Of a DNA stretch of 22,006 bases, positions 8,290 through 17,274 are shown piece after piece. Position 1 is the stretch's first letter; every line of letters begins with the position of its first letter. The notes below the pieces were generated by a model. The model saw only the letters and a program-made list of their open reading frames with translations. It made no database searches and was not told where the DNA came from. This DNA comes from Candidatus Pacearchaeota archaeon (GTDB lineage: Archaea; Nanobdellota; Nanobdellia; Pacearchaeales; GW2011-AR1). The stretch is from assembly GCA_018303825.1 (NCBI GenBank), contig JAGVXK010000013.1, positions 1 through 22,006 on the forward strand, given 5' to 3'. The position numbers and the translations under genes were made by a program.

Positions 8290-9846
8290 ATGAAAAAAGG
8301 ATATAAGGTCGTTAATAGTTCGTTGCAAACGATATTCAAATCTTCTTTAATCGTTTTCATAGGAATTGCCTTGTCGAAAATCCTGGCATATGTATTTAGA
8401 ATCATAATAGCAAGGTATTATGGTCCTGAAGAATATGGATTATATCTTCTTGCCTTAATGGTAATAGGTTGGCTAGGCACTTTCGCCACCCTTGGTTTAA
8501 CAGAAGGAGTTCTAAGATATATTTCAATGTTCAGAGGGAAGAATGAACATGGAAAGATAAGATATTTATTATCTTATACTGTTATTATCACTTCGATAAT
8601 CGGATTTCTTGCCGCAATTTTCTTATTCTTCCTTTCTGATTTCATATCAATAAACATCTTTCACAACCCCGGACTTATTTTGTATCTTCAAGTTTTCAGC
8701 ATTCTTATTCCAATAGGAATCCTTGGAAATATTCTTTTAAGCACCATAAGGGCATTTGAAAAAGTCTCATGGTATTCTTTCATTTTTAATATCTTTCAAA
8801 ATGTAGTAAAGGTTCTTTTCTTATTAATATTGATATTTGCAGGATTTAAGAACGGGGCGGTAATGTTTTCCCAGTTCTTCACAAGTATAGCTGTTCTGTT
8901 GATAGGATATTTTGTCTTGAAATTTTCAGTTTCTCTTCCAAAGAAGACAAAAGAAAAGGATTTTGATAAAATATTTTTAAGAAATGAAATATTTTCTTAT
9001 TCCTGGCCAATAATGTTCTACGGGATAATGGCCAGCGTTCTATACTGGACAGATTCCTTCTTTATCGGATATTTCCTTGATGCTAGCTCTGTGGGAATTT
9101 ATAATGTGGCCCTTTCTCTAGCAACCTTGCTGGCATTCGCTCCTGAACTATTCATGCAACTATTTTTCCCATTAATAAATAAGGAACATGCAAGGAAGAG
9201 AACAACAGCCATAAGAGAGATAAGCAAGCAAGTAGGAAAATGGATATTTATCATCAACCTGCCATTATTTATCTTGGTAATGCTTTTCCCAGGAGCATTA
9301 ATCAAGATCTTGTTCGGCTCACAATATCTTATAGCAGCAACAAATGCATTAAGAATTCTCGCTGTTGGAACATTCTTCTCCTCAATGTTTGTAGTTTCAA
9401 ATAATCTTCTTAATATGCTTGGGAGGTCAAAGCTCTTGTTAATGAACACTTTAATAGTTGGAATCTTCAACATAATTTTTGATTTTATTCTTATCCAGAT
9501 TTACGGCATTAACGGTGCAGCAATAGCGACTACCTGTAGTTTTATACTTCTCGGAATTCTTCTAGCAGCAGAAACAAAACATTACATATCATTCATACCA
9601 TTTAGAAGAAAAATGCTTCGTATCTTGATTGTTGCAATTATCCCAACAATCCTATTAGTAATAGCGCACAATCTAATCAAAATAACTTTCTTCTCAATGA
9701 TTTATCTAAGCATTTTATTTGGAATTTTATATATAGTACTAATTTTTGCCACTAAATGTTTTGATGAAAATGATCTTACAATTATAAAGACAGTAAAGAA
9801 TAAGATGAAGCAATACACTTTCTTTGGTTATTCTCCTTTCGCATAA
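8290..9846 (+). CDS. Oligosaccharide flippase (Wzx/RfbX, MOP superfamily)
   Basis: IIIARYYGPEEYGLY, LYWTDSFFIGYFLDASSVGIYNVA, YGINGAAIAT; 518 aa with many TM segments. Confidence 0.9.
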   Translation: MKKGYKVVNSSLQTIFKSSLIVFIGIALSKILAYVFRIIIARYYGPEEYGLYLLALMVIGWLGTFATLGLTEGVLRYISMFRGKNEHGKIRYLLSYTVIITSIIGFLAAIFLFFLSDFISINIFHNPGLILYLQVFSILIPIGILGNILLSTIRAFEKVSWYSFIFNIFQNVVKVLFLLILIFAGFKNGAVMFSQFFTSIAVLLIGYFVLKFSVSLPKKTKEKDFDKIFLRNEIFSYSWPIMFYGIMASVLYWTDSFFIGYFLDASSVGIYNVALSLATLLAFAPELFMQLFFPLINKEHARKRTTAIREISKQVGKWIFIINLPLFILVMLFPGALIKILFGSQYLIAATNALRILAVGTFFSSMFVVSNNLLNMLGRSKLLLMNTLIVGIFNIIFDFILIQIYGINGAAIATTCSFILLGILLAAETKHYISFIPFRRKMLRILIVAIIPTILLVIAHNLIKITFFSMIYLSILFGILYIVLIFATKCFDENDLTIIKTVKNKMKQYTFFGYSPFA

Positions 9847-9849
9847 ACC

Positions 9850-9857
9850 TTTATTAA
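9850..9857 (+). promoter_or_regulatory. TATA box for the 9879 methyltransferase gene
   Basis: TTTATTAA, 22 nt from ATG 9879 and just after the flippase stop codon. Confidence 0.55.
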
Positions 9858-9878
9858 CCCTTTTCTTTTCCCAAAAAC

Positions 9879-10355
9879 ATGAAGAATTTAATTAATACAG
9901 ACATCAGGCCAGGATATCTTAATATAGACTTTGAGAAAATTCAGGGAATAGATTCAGTCTATGACTTAAACAAGCTTCCTTATCCATTCAAAGACAATCA
10001 ATTCAATGAAATAATAATGAGAAATATCTTAGAGCATTTGGAAAATCCATTCGAAATAATAAAAGAAATTCATAGAATCTCTGAAAAAGGAGCAAGAATC
10101 CATATAAGAACACCTCATTTTTCGAGCAATAATGTCTGGGGAGACTTGCAACACAAGCGAGGATTTAACACTGATACTTTCAAAAACGTGAATATGCAAT
10201 CAAGATTCAGGATTCTCAGACAGGAAATAACTTTCTCTCACTTCAGATTTTTCATGCGCCCCCTCGCAAAAATCAATCCAGTTTTCTATGAAAAGCATCT
10301 TGCCTATATCTTTCCAGCCGTAGACTTAATTATAGAACTGGAAGTTATTAAATAA
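9879..10355 (+). CDS. Class I SAM-dependent methyltransferase-like protein (Methyltransf_11-like) with a degenerate motif I
   Basis: GYLNID...DLNKLPYPFKDNQF..I..RNILEHL...EIHRI..KG.RI.IRTPHF. The usual N-terminal NLGCG is absent. Confidence 0.75.
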   Translation: MKNLINTDIRPGYLNIDFEKIQGIDSVYDLNKLPYPFKDNQFNEIIMRNILEHLENPFEIIKEIHRISEKGARIHIRTPHFSSNNVWGDLQHKRGFNTDTFKNVNMQSRFRILRQEITFSHFRFFMRPLAKINPVFYEKHLAYIFPAVDLIIELEVIK

Positions 10356-10375
10356 ATTGAAGTGATAAAACGAAA

Positions 10376-11305
10376 CTAATCTAATAGTCCTGCCAAGCTC
10401 TTTCCAATATCGCCTTCCCTAAATACTCCTTTTTCATACGCCCATTTAACGAAATGAAACTGTTCATCTAATGCACTAAGCTGCCCCATTCGTTTTGGAT
10501 TCCAAACTGCTTGATTAGCTTGTTCAATTTCCGCTTGTTCTATTGGGTGGTTATAATCAATAGGAACTGATATTATCCTGCCGCCCATTAAATTAATTAA
10601 GCAAACAGGCATTTGTATCATGTGGTCCCAGCGTTTGAAATCAGCTGCTGCTTCATCATAAATAAATTGTCTGGTATCTCCTTCTACCTGATGTTTTAAT
10701 TTAGCTTGTTTTTCCTGCAATCTCATCTCACCAAAAGCTCTCGAGATTTTGTCATCTCCAAAAACAAAAAAGAATGGCGTCACACCTCTAACCCAAAGCT
10801 TTGGTCCTGCAAACGTGTCTATCGGCTTGCCACGCATGTCCATGTAGCCCAAGTCTGTATGTCTTTGGTTTCCAAATTGTTCACTATTTCGCTGTGCTCC
10901 AGGATATTGCCTCATATTCTTTCTGAAAGGAACAGCGATATGCGCATGATTAGCTTCAATTCCCTCAACAAGACGAGGTATATGCCTTATCATATCTACT
11001 TTTTCAGGTTCTGTCCATATAATATAATCAATTCCATATCTATCTGCGTATTCTTGGGCATGTCCTAATGCTTCGCGCCTTGAGCCACTAAGTCCATGTT
11101 GTGTCTCCCCGTAACAATGCACGCCCATCGTGTTCATACTTGCAAGAAAAGCGCCATTATCTGTCCCGCCGTCTACTAAGAATACCTCATAGCCTTTTTC
11201 TACTGCTCCTGTAAGAAAATCCGTCGCTAATCTTTTTCTAAGAATCCCTTCAGGATTATTTCCATAAAAAGTCGTAGTCACAATCGCTACTTTTGGATTT
11301 GTCAT
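10376..11305 (-). CDS. Atypical GT-A-fold (GT2-like) protein
   Basis: KVAIVTTT..., VFLVDGGTD, GLSGSRREAL, then IIWTEPEK where GT2 enzymes have DxD. Fold assignment is by motif spacing only. Confidence 0.65.
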   Translation of the reverse strand: MTNPKVAIVTTTFYGNNPEGILRKRLATDFLTGAVEKGYEVFLVDGGTDNGAFLASMNTMGVHCYGETQHGLSGSRREALGHAQEYADRYGIDYIIWTEPEKVDMIRHIPRLVEGIEANHAHIAVPFRKNMRQYPGAQRNSEQFGNQRHTDLGYMDMRGKPIDTFAGPKLWVRGVTPFFFVFGDDKISRAFGEMRLQEKQAKLKHQVEGDTRQFIYDEAAADFKRWDHMIQMPVCLINLMGGRIISVPIDYNHPIEQAEIEQANQAVWNPKRMGQLSALDEQFHFVKWAYEKGVFREGDIGKSLAGLLD

Positions 11306-11958
11306 TTTTTATTTTCTACCTTCTTTAAAGCATGATGCGATTTAGAGTCCCCCACCATACAAGGAACTAACATATTATAATTCTTCCATGAATAAACATT
11401 TATCTCATCAGCGACTTCTTTGCAAGCAACTTTCAATACAGGATTATCTTCATAAAAAACGAACTTTTCGAAAGGAATTCCACCACCAAAACCTTGATCT
11501 CCCAATGTCAAAATATGACTTCTAAGACATTGAACTATTAGTTTTCCAGTTTCACCTTGCGGTTGGTAAGTAGTTAGGAATTTTAATAAATCTGCTGGAT
11601 GGTAGAATCCTCTTGGCACTGGTTCTTTGGTTGATTTTCTTATTAGTGGGATTGATAAATTTCCCTCTTCTTCATCAATCTCCAATGGAGAACAATTACC
11701 CCCCTGAACTATTCCACAAGATTTAGATATTAACCACCTTCTCTTTGGTATTTCAAAACAACAATATAAAGGAACGGCGCGCAATCCAGGGTATTTAGGA
11801 GAGATAATTCTTTTTATCGCTTCTGCTGCAAATTCATAGCCCTTGTTTTCTTGTCTGGTAAGACCCCTAACAGCCCGCTCTTGAATATCTCCACATTCTT
11901 TCTGTGGTTCCACCAACCAATAATTCTTTAGCTGTTCATTTGTTAAATATTTTCCCAT
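11302..11958 (-). CDS. Hypothetical protein (Cys-containing, no family recognised)
   Basis: 218 codons from ATG 11958, with TTTAAATA 22 nt upstream. Its stop overlaps the next gene's start (ATGA, 11302-11305). Confidence 0.7.
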   Translation of the reverse strand: MGKYLTNEQLKNYWLVEPQKECGDIQERAVRGLTRQENKGYEFAAEAIKRIISPKYPGLRAVPLYCCFEIPKRRWLISKSCGIVQGGNCSPLEIDEEEGNLSIPLIRKSTKEPVPRGFYHPADLLKFLTTYQPQGETGKLIVQCLRSHILTLGDQGFGGGIPFEKFVFYEDNPVLKVACKEVADEINVYSWKNYNMLVPCMVGDSKSHHALKKVENKK

Positions 11959-11979
11959 GTTATACCAGCTTAGCAAGTG

Positions 11980-11987
11980 TATTTAAA
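11980..11987 (-). promoter_or_regulatory. TATA box for the two-gene unit 11958-10376
   Basis: AGAAAG-TTTAAATA on the minus strand, 22 nt from ATG 11958. Confidence 0.65.
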
Positions 11988-12033
11988 CTTTCTCTGAATT
12001 TTTTAACCACCAGCACGTACTAAAAATTATTTG

Positions 12034-14379
12034 CTATCTAGCCGTTTCTCTCAAATCAGCATCCACCATTAATTTAACAAGTTCCTTGAATTTTATTTTT
12101 GGCTCCCAGCCAAGCACTCTTTTGGCTTTTGAATAATCCCCGACTAATTTCTCAACTTCAGTTGGTCTGAAGTAAAGAGGGTCAATTTCTACTAAAACTC
12201 TCCCAGTATTAATATCAATTCCTTTTTCATTTATTCCTTCTCCTCCCCATCTTATTTTTATTCCAACATACTCAAAAGCAGATTCTACAAATTCTCTTAC
12301 AGAATGAGTCTCTCCAGTTGCAATTACATAATCATCCGGCTTATCTTGCTGCAGCATAAGCCACATTGACTCTACATAATCTGGCGCATACCCCCAATCC
12401 CTTCTTGCCCCCAAATTCCCAAGATATATTTTTTCATCCTTGCCAATTTTTATTGCTGCTACTCCTTGTGTAATTTTCTTTGTTACAAAATTCTCTCCTC
12501 TTCTCGGGCTTTCATGATTGAACAAAATTCCATTGCAAGCAAACATATTATATGCTTCTCTGTAATTCTTCACAATCCAATAAGCATAAAGCTTCGCAAT
12601 CCCATACGGACTTCTCGGGTAGAAAGGAGTTGTTTCTTTCTGGGGAGATTCCTGGACAAGCCCAAAAAGTTCGCTTGTCGAAGCCTGATAAACCTTTGTC
12701 TCCTTTAGTTCAAGAGAACGGACAATTTCAAGAAGTTTCAAGACTCCAAGAGCATCTGCATCTGCAGTATATTCTGGAGTTTCGAATGAAATCTGCACAT
12801 GGCTTTGCGCAGCAAGATTATATATTTCATCAGGCTTTACCATAGAAATTATTCTTTTTAAACTGCTGGAATCAGTCATATCACCGTAATGAAGGAAGAA
12901 GCTCTTGTGTCTTCTTGTCAGAGAGTGATAGATATCTTTTAATCTTCCTCTGTTGAAAGAACTGGCTCTTCTGACAAGTCCATGAACTTCATAGCCCTTG
13001 CTCAATAAAAATTCAGCGAGATACGAACCATCTTGTCCAGTGACACCAGTAATGAATGCCTTTTTTACTTTCTGACTGGGCTCGGGCTTCCATAATGAAG
13101 GACTCTGGCTGCTGCCTAGACTGCTATTAACAACACTCTTTTGATTATTTATATCGCTTAACGTAATTTTCTTGTCAGAGGTTATAGAATTTAAAGATAT
13201 ATGTCCTCTAGTTAATAACTTAGTCATCTCAGATATTTCTTCATTTGAAAGCTCAGGATTATTTGGAAAATAAAATCCAAGGGAATGAACTCTGCTTGCA
13301 TTTGGGCAGTCATAGAATCTTCCTCTTTCATTCATATAATCTATAAAGAATGGCTGTTCAACAATTGCCCCCCCAACTATCGGCCTTATTTCAATTTTAT
13401 TTTCAAACTTTGCTTTATATTCTTCCATAATAGAGTTGTTAATGAAAACTAATGGATAGGCAAAATTGGAAACAAAGTCTATATGCCCTGTTTTTATAGG
13501 AATGAAGTCTATGTTGTTCGAAACAGCGCTGTGAAATTTTTTAAAATTCTCATTTCTCTGGTTTATTATTTCATCAATGTATTTCAACTGTTCCAATCCA
13601 AGAAAACCAGTTATTTCTGTTGGTCTTAAGTTTTGTCCCAGCGTATAAAAAGTATATTGGTCATAAAAATTGCTTATTTTATTGTCCTCTTTTAACTTTT
13701 GTTTTTTATGGTTTTCAAGGTCTCTGCTCCATCCATGAGCTCTTGTCATCATTAATATATCATATAGATTTTCATTGTCTGTGCAGACCATTCCTCCCTC
13801 TATTGTTGACATATGGTGCCCTACAAAAAATGAAAAAGTGCTTGCAAGCCCGAAATTTCCCAATCTCACCCCGCCAAGCCTGCTTCCAAGAGATTCACAG
13901 TTGTCTTCCAATAAAATTATTCCTCTTTCATCGCATATATTCTTTATTTTATCAACATCTCCGCAGAATCCGAGAAGATTTGTCAAAAATAGGGTCTTTA
14001 TCTCAGTTCTTTCAAGAACTTTAAGTAAATTATCAGATGAAACATTCAGATGTTCAAGAGAGACATCTATTGGAATAGGTTCTAATCCAAGTTGAATTAA
14101 GGGCGTAACATTTGTTGCCCATGTGATTGCAGAAAATCCAACCTTATCGCCCTTATGCAGTTTTTTCATGTTCAACAATGCCTGAATCAATGCAAGGTTC
14201 GCAGAACTTCCACTATTGTACAAAACAGAATATTTTCTTCCCTGGTATTTTGAGAATTCTTTCTCAAATTCTTTGCACTTCTCTCCCATGCTTAACTTCT
14301 TGGCATTCTTAATAAAGTCGCAAAGTTTTGCTTTTGTCTCCTCTTCTTTGTAAAATGTGGATTTTATTAATGAAATCAT
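12034..14379 (-). CDS. colD-gmd: Fusion of an N-terminal ColD-like PLP-dependent GDP-4-keto-6-deoxymannose 3-dehydratase (DegT/DnrJ family, His-type) and a C-terminal GDP-mannose 4,6-dehydratase
   Basis: N-part: [45 protein letters not shown]-part: [64 protein letters not shown]. No stop codon and no in-frame Met in the linker. Start placed at ATG 14379 after AGGGAG. Confidence 0.88.
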   Translation of the reverse strand: MISLIKSTFYKEEETKAKLCDFIKNAKKLSMGEKCKEFEKEFSKYQGRKYSVLYNSGSSANLALIQALLNMKKLHKGDKVGFSAITWATNVTPLIQLGLEPIPIDVSLEHLNVSSDNLLKVLERTEIKTLFLTNLLGFCGDVDKIKNICDERGIILLEDNCESLGSRLGGVRLGNFGLASTFSFFVGHHMSTIEGGMVCTDNENLYDILMMTRAHGWSRDLENHKKQKLKEDNKISNFYDQYTFYTLGQNLRPTEITGFLGLEQLKYIDEIINQRNENFKKFHSAVSNNIDFIPIKTGHIDFVSNFAYPLVFINNSIMEEYKAKFENKIEIRPIVGGAIVEQPFFIDYMNERGRFYDCPNASRVHSLGFYFPNNPELSNEEISEMTKLLTRGHISLNSITSDKKITLSDINNQKSVVNSSLGSSQSPSLWKPEPSQKVKKAFITGVTGQDGSYLAEFLLSKGYEVHGLVRRASSFNRGRLKDIYHSLTRRHKSFFLHYGDMTDSSSLKRIISMVKPDEIYNLAAQSHVQISFETPEYTADADALGVLKLLEIVRSLELKETKVYQASTSELFGLVQESPQKETTPFYPRSPYGIAKLYAYWIVKNYREAYNMFACNGILFNHESPRRGENFVTKKITQGVAAIKIGKDEKIYLGNLGARRDWGYAPDYVESMWLMLQQDKPDDYVIATGETHSVREFVESAFEYVGIKIRWGGEGINEKGIDINTGRVLVEIDPLYFRPTEVEKLVGDYSKAKRVLGWEPKIKFKELVKLMVDADLRETAR

Positions 14380-14390
14380 CTTCTCCCTTT

Positions 14391-15308
14391 CTAATTTTTT
14401 TTTACAACCTCCTTGTAACATTCTATTGTTTTTGCAATTCCCTCTCTTAATCCAGTTTCTGGCTTCCAGCCAAGTGCTTTTTCCAGTCTTTTTGTATCTA
14501 GGACAATAGAATCTGTAGAAAGGTTGTAATACTTTGCGTCTTTGCTTACTTTTAACTTTGTATTAGTTAGTTCTGCTATGATTTGCGCCAACTCCTGCAC
14601 TTTGGTTCTAATTCCTGTTCCAAGATTCAAAACTCCCGAATAATTGCTCTGCAAAGCTCTGACAATTCCCTCGCAAACATCATCAACATAAATATAATCT
14701 CTTAATGCCTCTCCTTCATAAACTTCATTTTCTGAATTGATTAATGCATTAGTTATTAATCGCGGCACTATGGTAGGCATATCCTCTTTTTTCCATTGCT
14801 GTCCCGGACCATAGCAATTCCCGAGCCTGAATATTACCAACGGAAAACCGCTCTGTTGCAATTCAAGACCTTTTCTTTCTGCAGCCATTTTTGATTCTGC
14901 ATAAAAGTCCGGCTCATCCTGCAGTGCTTCATTTTCTTTTATTAAATCTTTGCTAGTTTTATAAACGACGCATGAAGACATGAACACTACTTTATCCACA
15001 TTTTTTTCATTTAATTTATTGAAAAAATTAATTGTAGAATCTACATTCAAAGACATGGTATCGTTTTTGTCTTTTGCTCTTGCGGGGCTGCTGAATCCTG
15101 CCAAATGGACTACATAATCAAAATCAATTTTATCAAGAAAAGAAAAATCAGTCTTTGTCAAATCCTTATTTATCATATAAACACCTGGAATTTCATTTCT
15201 CCCAACGTTGATAACATCTGCCTTCTCGCTCTGCAATCTCTTTATAAGATTCCTTCCGATGAATCCTGAACTTCCTGTTATTAGGACTCTTTTTCCCTCC
15301 AACGACAT
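14391..15308 (-). CDS. NAD(P)-dependent NDP-sugar epimerase/reductase (extended SDR)
   Basis: [27 protein letters not shown] (YxxxK), [23 protein letters not shown]. Confidence 0.88.
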   Translation of the reverse strand: MSLEGKRVLITGSSGFIGRNLIKRLQSEKADVINVGRNEIPGVYMINKDLTKTDFSFLDKIDFDYVVHLAGFSSPARAKDKNDTMSLNVDSTINFFNKLNEKNVDKVVFMSSCVVYKTSKDLIKENEALQDEPDFYAESKMAAERKGLELQQSGFPLVIFRLGNCYGPGQQWKKEDMPTIVPRLITNALINSENEVYEGEALRDYIYVDDVCEGIVRALQSNYSGVLNLGTGIRTKVQELAQIIAELTNTKLKVSKDAKYYNLSTDSIVLDTKRLEKALGWKPETGLREGIAKTIECYKEVVKKN

Positions 15309-15411
15309 GTTCTTTTTGTCTTTTTCACCTTTTTTCTGGAAACCGAGAGTACTTTTAAAGATTATTACAATGCAATATCATACATTCAAATCAGAGCAAA
15401 ATCAATTAAAA

Positions 15412-15867
15412 TCAATTAAACACACCAGAATCAAAAATAACCCTTTTCACATATTCTGGAAGGCTTTCATCTATTTTATCTATCCATTTATACTCTGCAC
15501 TGGTTTTGTCCAGTTTTATTTTAAGATTTTTATCTTCCGCTTCAACAAGAAAACCTATGTTAATGGTATGAGTCCCCCCATCTATCTTGCCGAATGCGCT
15601 TTTTTCAAATATAGTTTCATATATTCCTATCATTTTATTTACTTTAACTTTCAACCCAACTTCCTCGAAAATCTTTCTTTTTGCAGCTTCCTCCAATTTT
15701 TCATTTTTGTAAACTCTTCCTCCAGGAACCCACCACTCTCCTTTTGCAGGCTCATTTTTTCTCTTGACAAGGAGAATTTTATTATCATGAAATAGGACAA
15801 CATCAACACAGCATATAGGCATTAACTCCAAGATTTTTCTATACTCCTCGTTTGGGATGTTTTTCAT
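15412..15867 (-). CDS. gmm: GDP-mannose mannosyl hydrolase-like NUDIX protein
   Basis: NEPAKGEWWVPGGRVYKNE...RKIFEEVGL is a Nudix box lacking the RE glutamate. THTINIGF matches the GDPMH His-base motif THYVVLGF. Start placed at ATG 15867. Confidence 0.75.
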   Translation of the reverse strand: MKNIPNEEYRKILELMPICCVDVVLFHDNKILLVKRKNEPAKGEWWVPGGRVYKNEKLEEAAKRKIFEEVGLKVKVNKMIGIYETIFEKSAFGKIDGGTHTINIGFLVEAEDKNLKIKLDKTSAEYKWIDKIDESLPEYVKRVIFDSGVFN

Positions 15868-15888
15868 AATGGACAAGAAGAGGCATCA

Positions 15889-15896
15889 TTTAAATA
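15889..15896 (-). promoter_or_regulatory. TATA box for gmm and probably the downstream SDR and colD-gmd genes
   Basis: AAGG-TATTTAAA, 22 nt from ATG 15867. Confidence 0.6.
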
Positions 15897-15918
15897 CCTT
15901 GTCTTCAGCATATTAAAA

Positions 15919-15926
15919 TTTAAAAA
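15919..15926 (+). promoter_or_regulatory. TATA box for the 15948 GT4 gene
   Basis: TTTAAAAA, 22 nt from ATG 15948. Confidence 0.55.
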
Positions 15927-15947
15927 GCCCACTAATCCTTACCATAA

Positions 15948-17165
15948 ATGGATAATTTAAAGATTTCAAAAGATAACTTAAAAAAAATACAGTTCTATCC
16001 TTCCATAGAAAAGTTGTATAGCTTGGATAAAACAATAGTAGAATTTCCGCCAGAGGGATATACTTTCATTGGAACAGGTCCGAATATGGCTTATAAAATA
16101 ACAGACAGGGCAACAAGTTCCAAAACTTTAAGGAAATTAATTCGCCCCTTATATCATCTCTTTCTCAAAATATTCAAGACAACGAAAATCTTTGAGATGA
16201 CAAAGAAAACTCCTATTATGCAGGAAGCAAACCTCGTCTTTTCAGGTTCAGTGATATACGACATAAAAAAACCCTGGATATTATATATGTTTGACCACCC
16301 AACAAGCTTAGCGGGGAATAATTATCCTCTTTTCTTGAAATACCGAGACAAGATAGAGCAGGTCCTTCTTTCACCCTATTGCAAAAAAATAATTTACACA
16401 AATCAAACCCCCATAGAATTTATGAAAAAACAATTCTGCAAAGAAGTAGTAGATAAAATAGTCCTGATTGATTCTGGGATGAAGCCAATAGGCAAAGCAA
16501 AAACCTATCCAAAAGACTATAATAAAAAAAAGAAAAGAATTTTATTTATGGGTTCGATAAATAATCCCCTTGATTTTTACATTAAAGGCGGGTTAGAAGT
16601 AATAAAAACCATGCAATCAATGTCAAAAAGGAAAGACGTTGAATTCGTTGTCCGCTGTATGGTTTCTGATGAAATAAAAGAAGAAATTTCAAAAATTCCA
16701 AACGCAACTTTAATAGATAAAACCGTTCCGTTCGAAGAAATAATAAAACTATATGAAAGTGCAGATATATTATTCATGCCCGGGCATAATTATTCAGTTA
16801 CTGCATTTCTTGAGGCAATGTCTGTAGGCGTTCCGATAATTGCTCTTAATACCTATGCAGTTCAGGATTACATTGAAAATGGTTTCAATGGTTTTATTGT
16901 TCAAAGATCAGATAAAATAAAAGGATATACAAATCTAGGATACCCTTCTTACATAAGAACAGATACATTTACAGATGAAATAAAATCTCTTGACGACCCT
17001 GAATTGATAGCTAGGTTAAAGGAAAAGTTAGAGTATCTTCTTGCCAATCCAGGTTTAATAAAGAAAACAGGACAAAATGCAAGAAAAGAATTTCTGAGAA
17101 GGTACTCCCTGGAAAAAAGAAACAAAGAATTCAAGGAAGTATTCGACAAAGCTCTTGAACATTAA
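15948..17165 (+). CDS. GT-B fold glycosyltransferase, family 4-like
   Basis: ILFMG..., KGG..VI, YESADILFMP...FLEAMSVGVPIIA...IENGFNGFIV. The first Glu of the EX7E motif is replaced by Asn. Confidence 0.85.
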   Translation: MDNLKISKDNLKKIQFYPSIEKLYSLDKTIVEFPPEGYTFIGTGPNMAYKITDRATSSKTLRKLIRPLYHLFLKIFKTTKIFEMTKKTPIMQEANLVFSGSVIYDIKKPWILYMFDHPTSLAGNNYPLFLKYRDKIEQVLLSPYCKKIIYTNQTPIEFMKKQFCKEVVDKIVLIDSGMKPIGKAKTYPKDYNKKKKRILFMGSINNPLDFYIKGGLEVIKTMQSMSKRKDVEFVVRCMVSDEIKEEISKIPNATLIDKTVPFEEIIKLYESADILFMPGHNYSVTAFLEAMSVGVPIIALNTYAVQDYIENGFNGFIVQRSDKIKGYTNLGYPSYIRTDTFTDEIKSLDDPELIARLKEKLEYLLANPGLIKKTGQNARKEFLRRYSLEKRNKEFKEVFDKALEH

Positions 17166-17274
17166 ATATACGAAATGATAAAATTTAATTATGAAAAAAA
17201 GCACAAGATTAATAACTTTAATAAAACCAAACAGGTATAAGTAAATAATTTCAAATAATAAAAAACAAAATAAA

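Noticed and set aside
13066-13100. Possible independent gmd start (ATG in the linker)
   Set aside because: The ATG is out of frame with gmd, and no in-frame ATG precedes KKAFITG.
12034-14379. Perosamine synthase or CDP-pathway E1 (RfbH) interpretation of the PLP domain
   Set aside because: No catalytic Lys, so not PerA-type. No Fe-S cysteine motif and the partner is GDP-specific Gmd, so not E1.
14380-14421. N-terminal extension [14 protein letters not shown] of the fusion ORF
   Set aside because: Overlaps the SDR gene; ATG 14379 has an SD-like AGGGAG and a more family-like N-terminus.
15208-15795. 195-aa plus-strand ORF
   Set aside because: Antisense to gmm and the SDR start; Phe-rich shadow.
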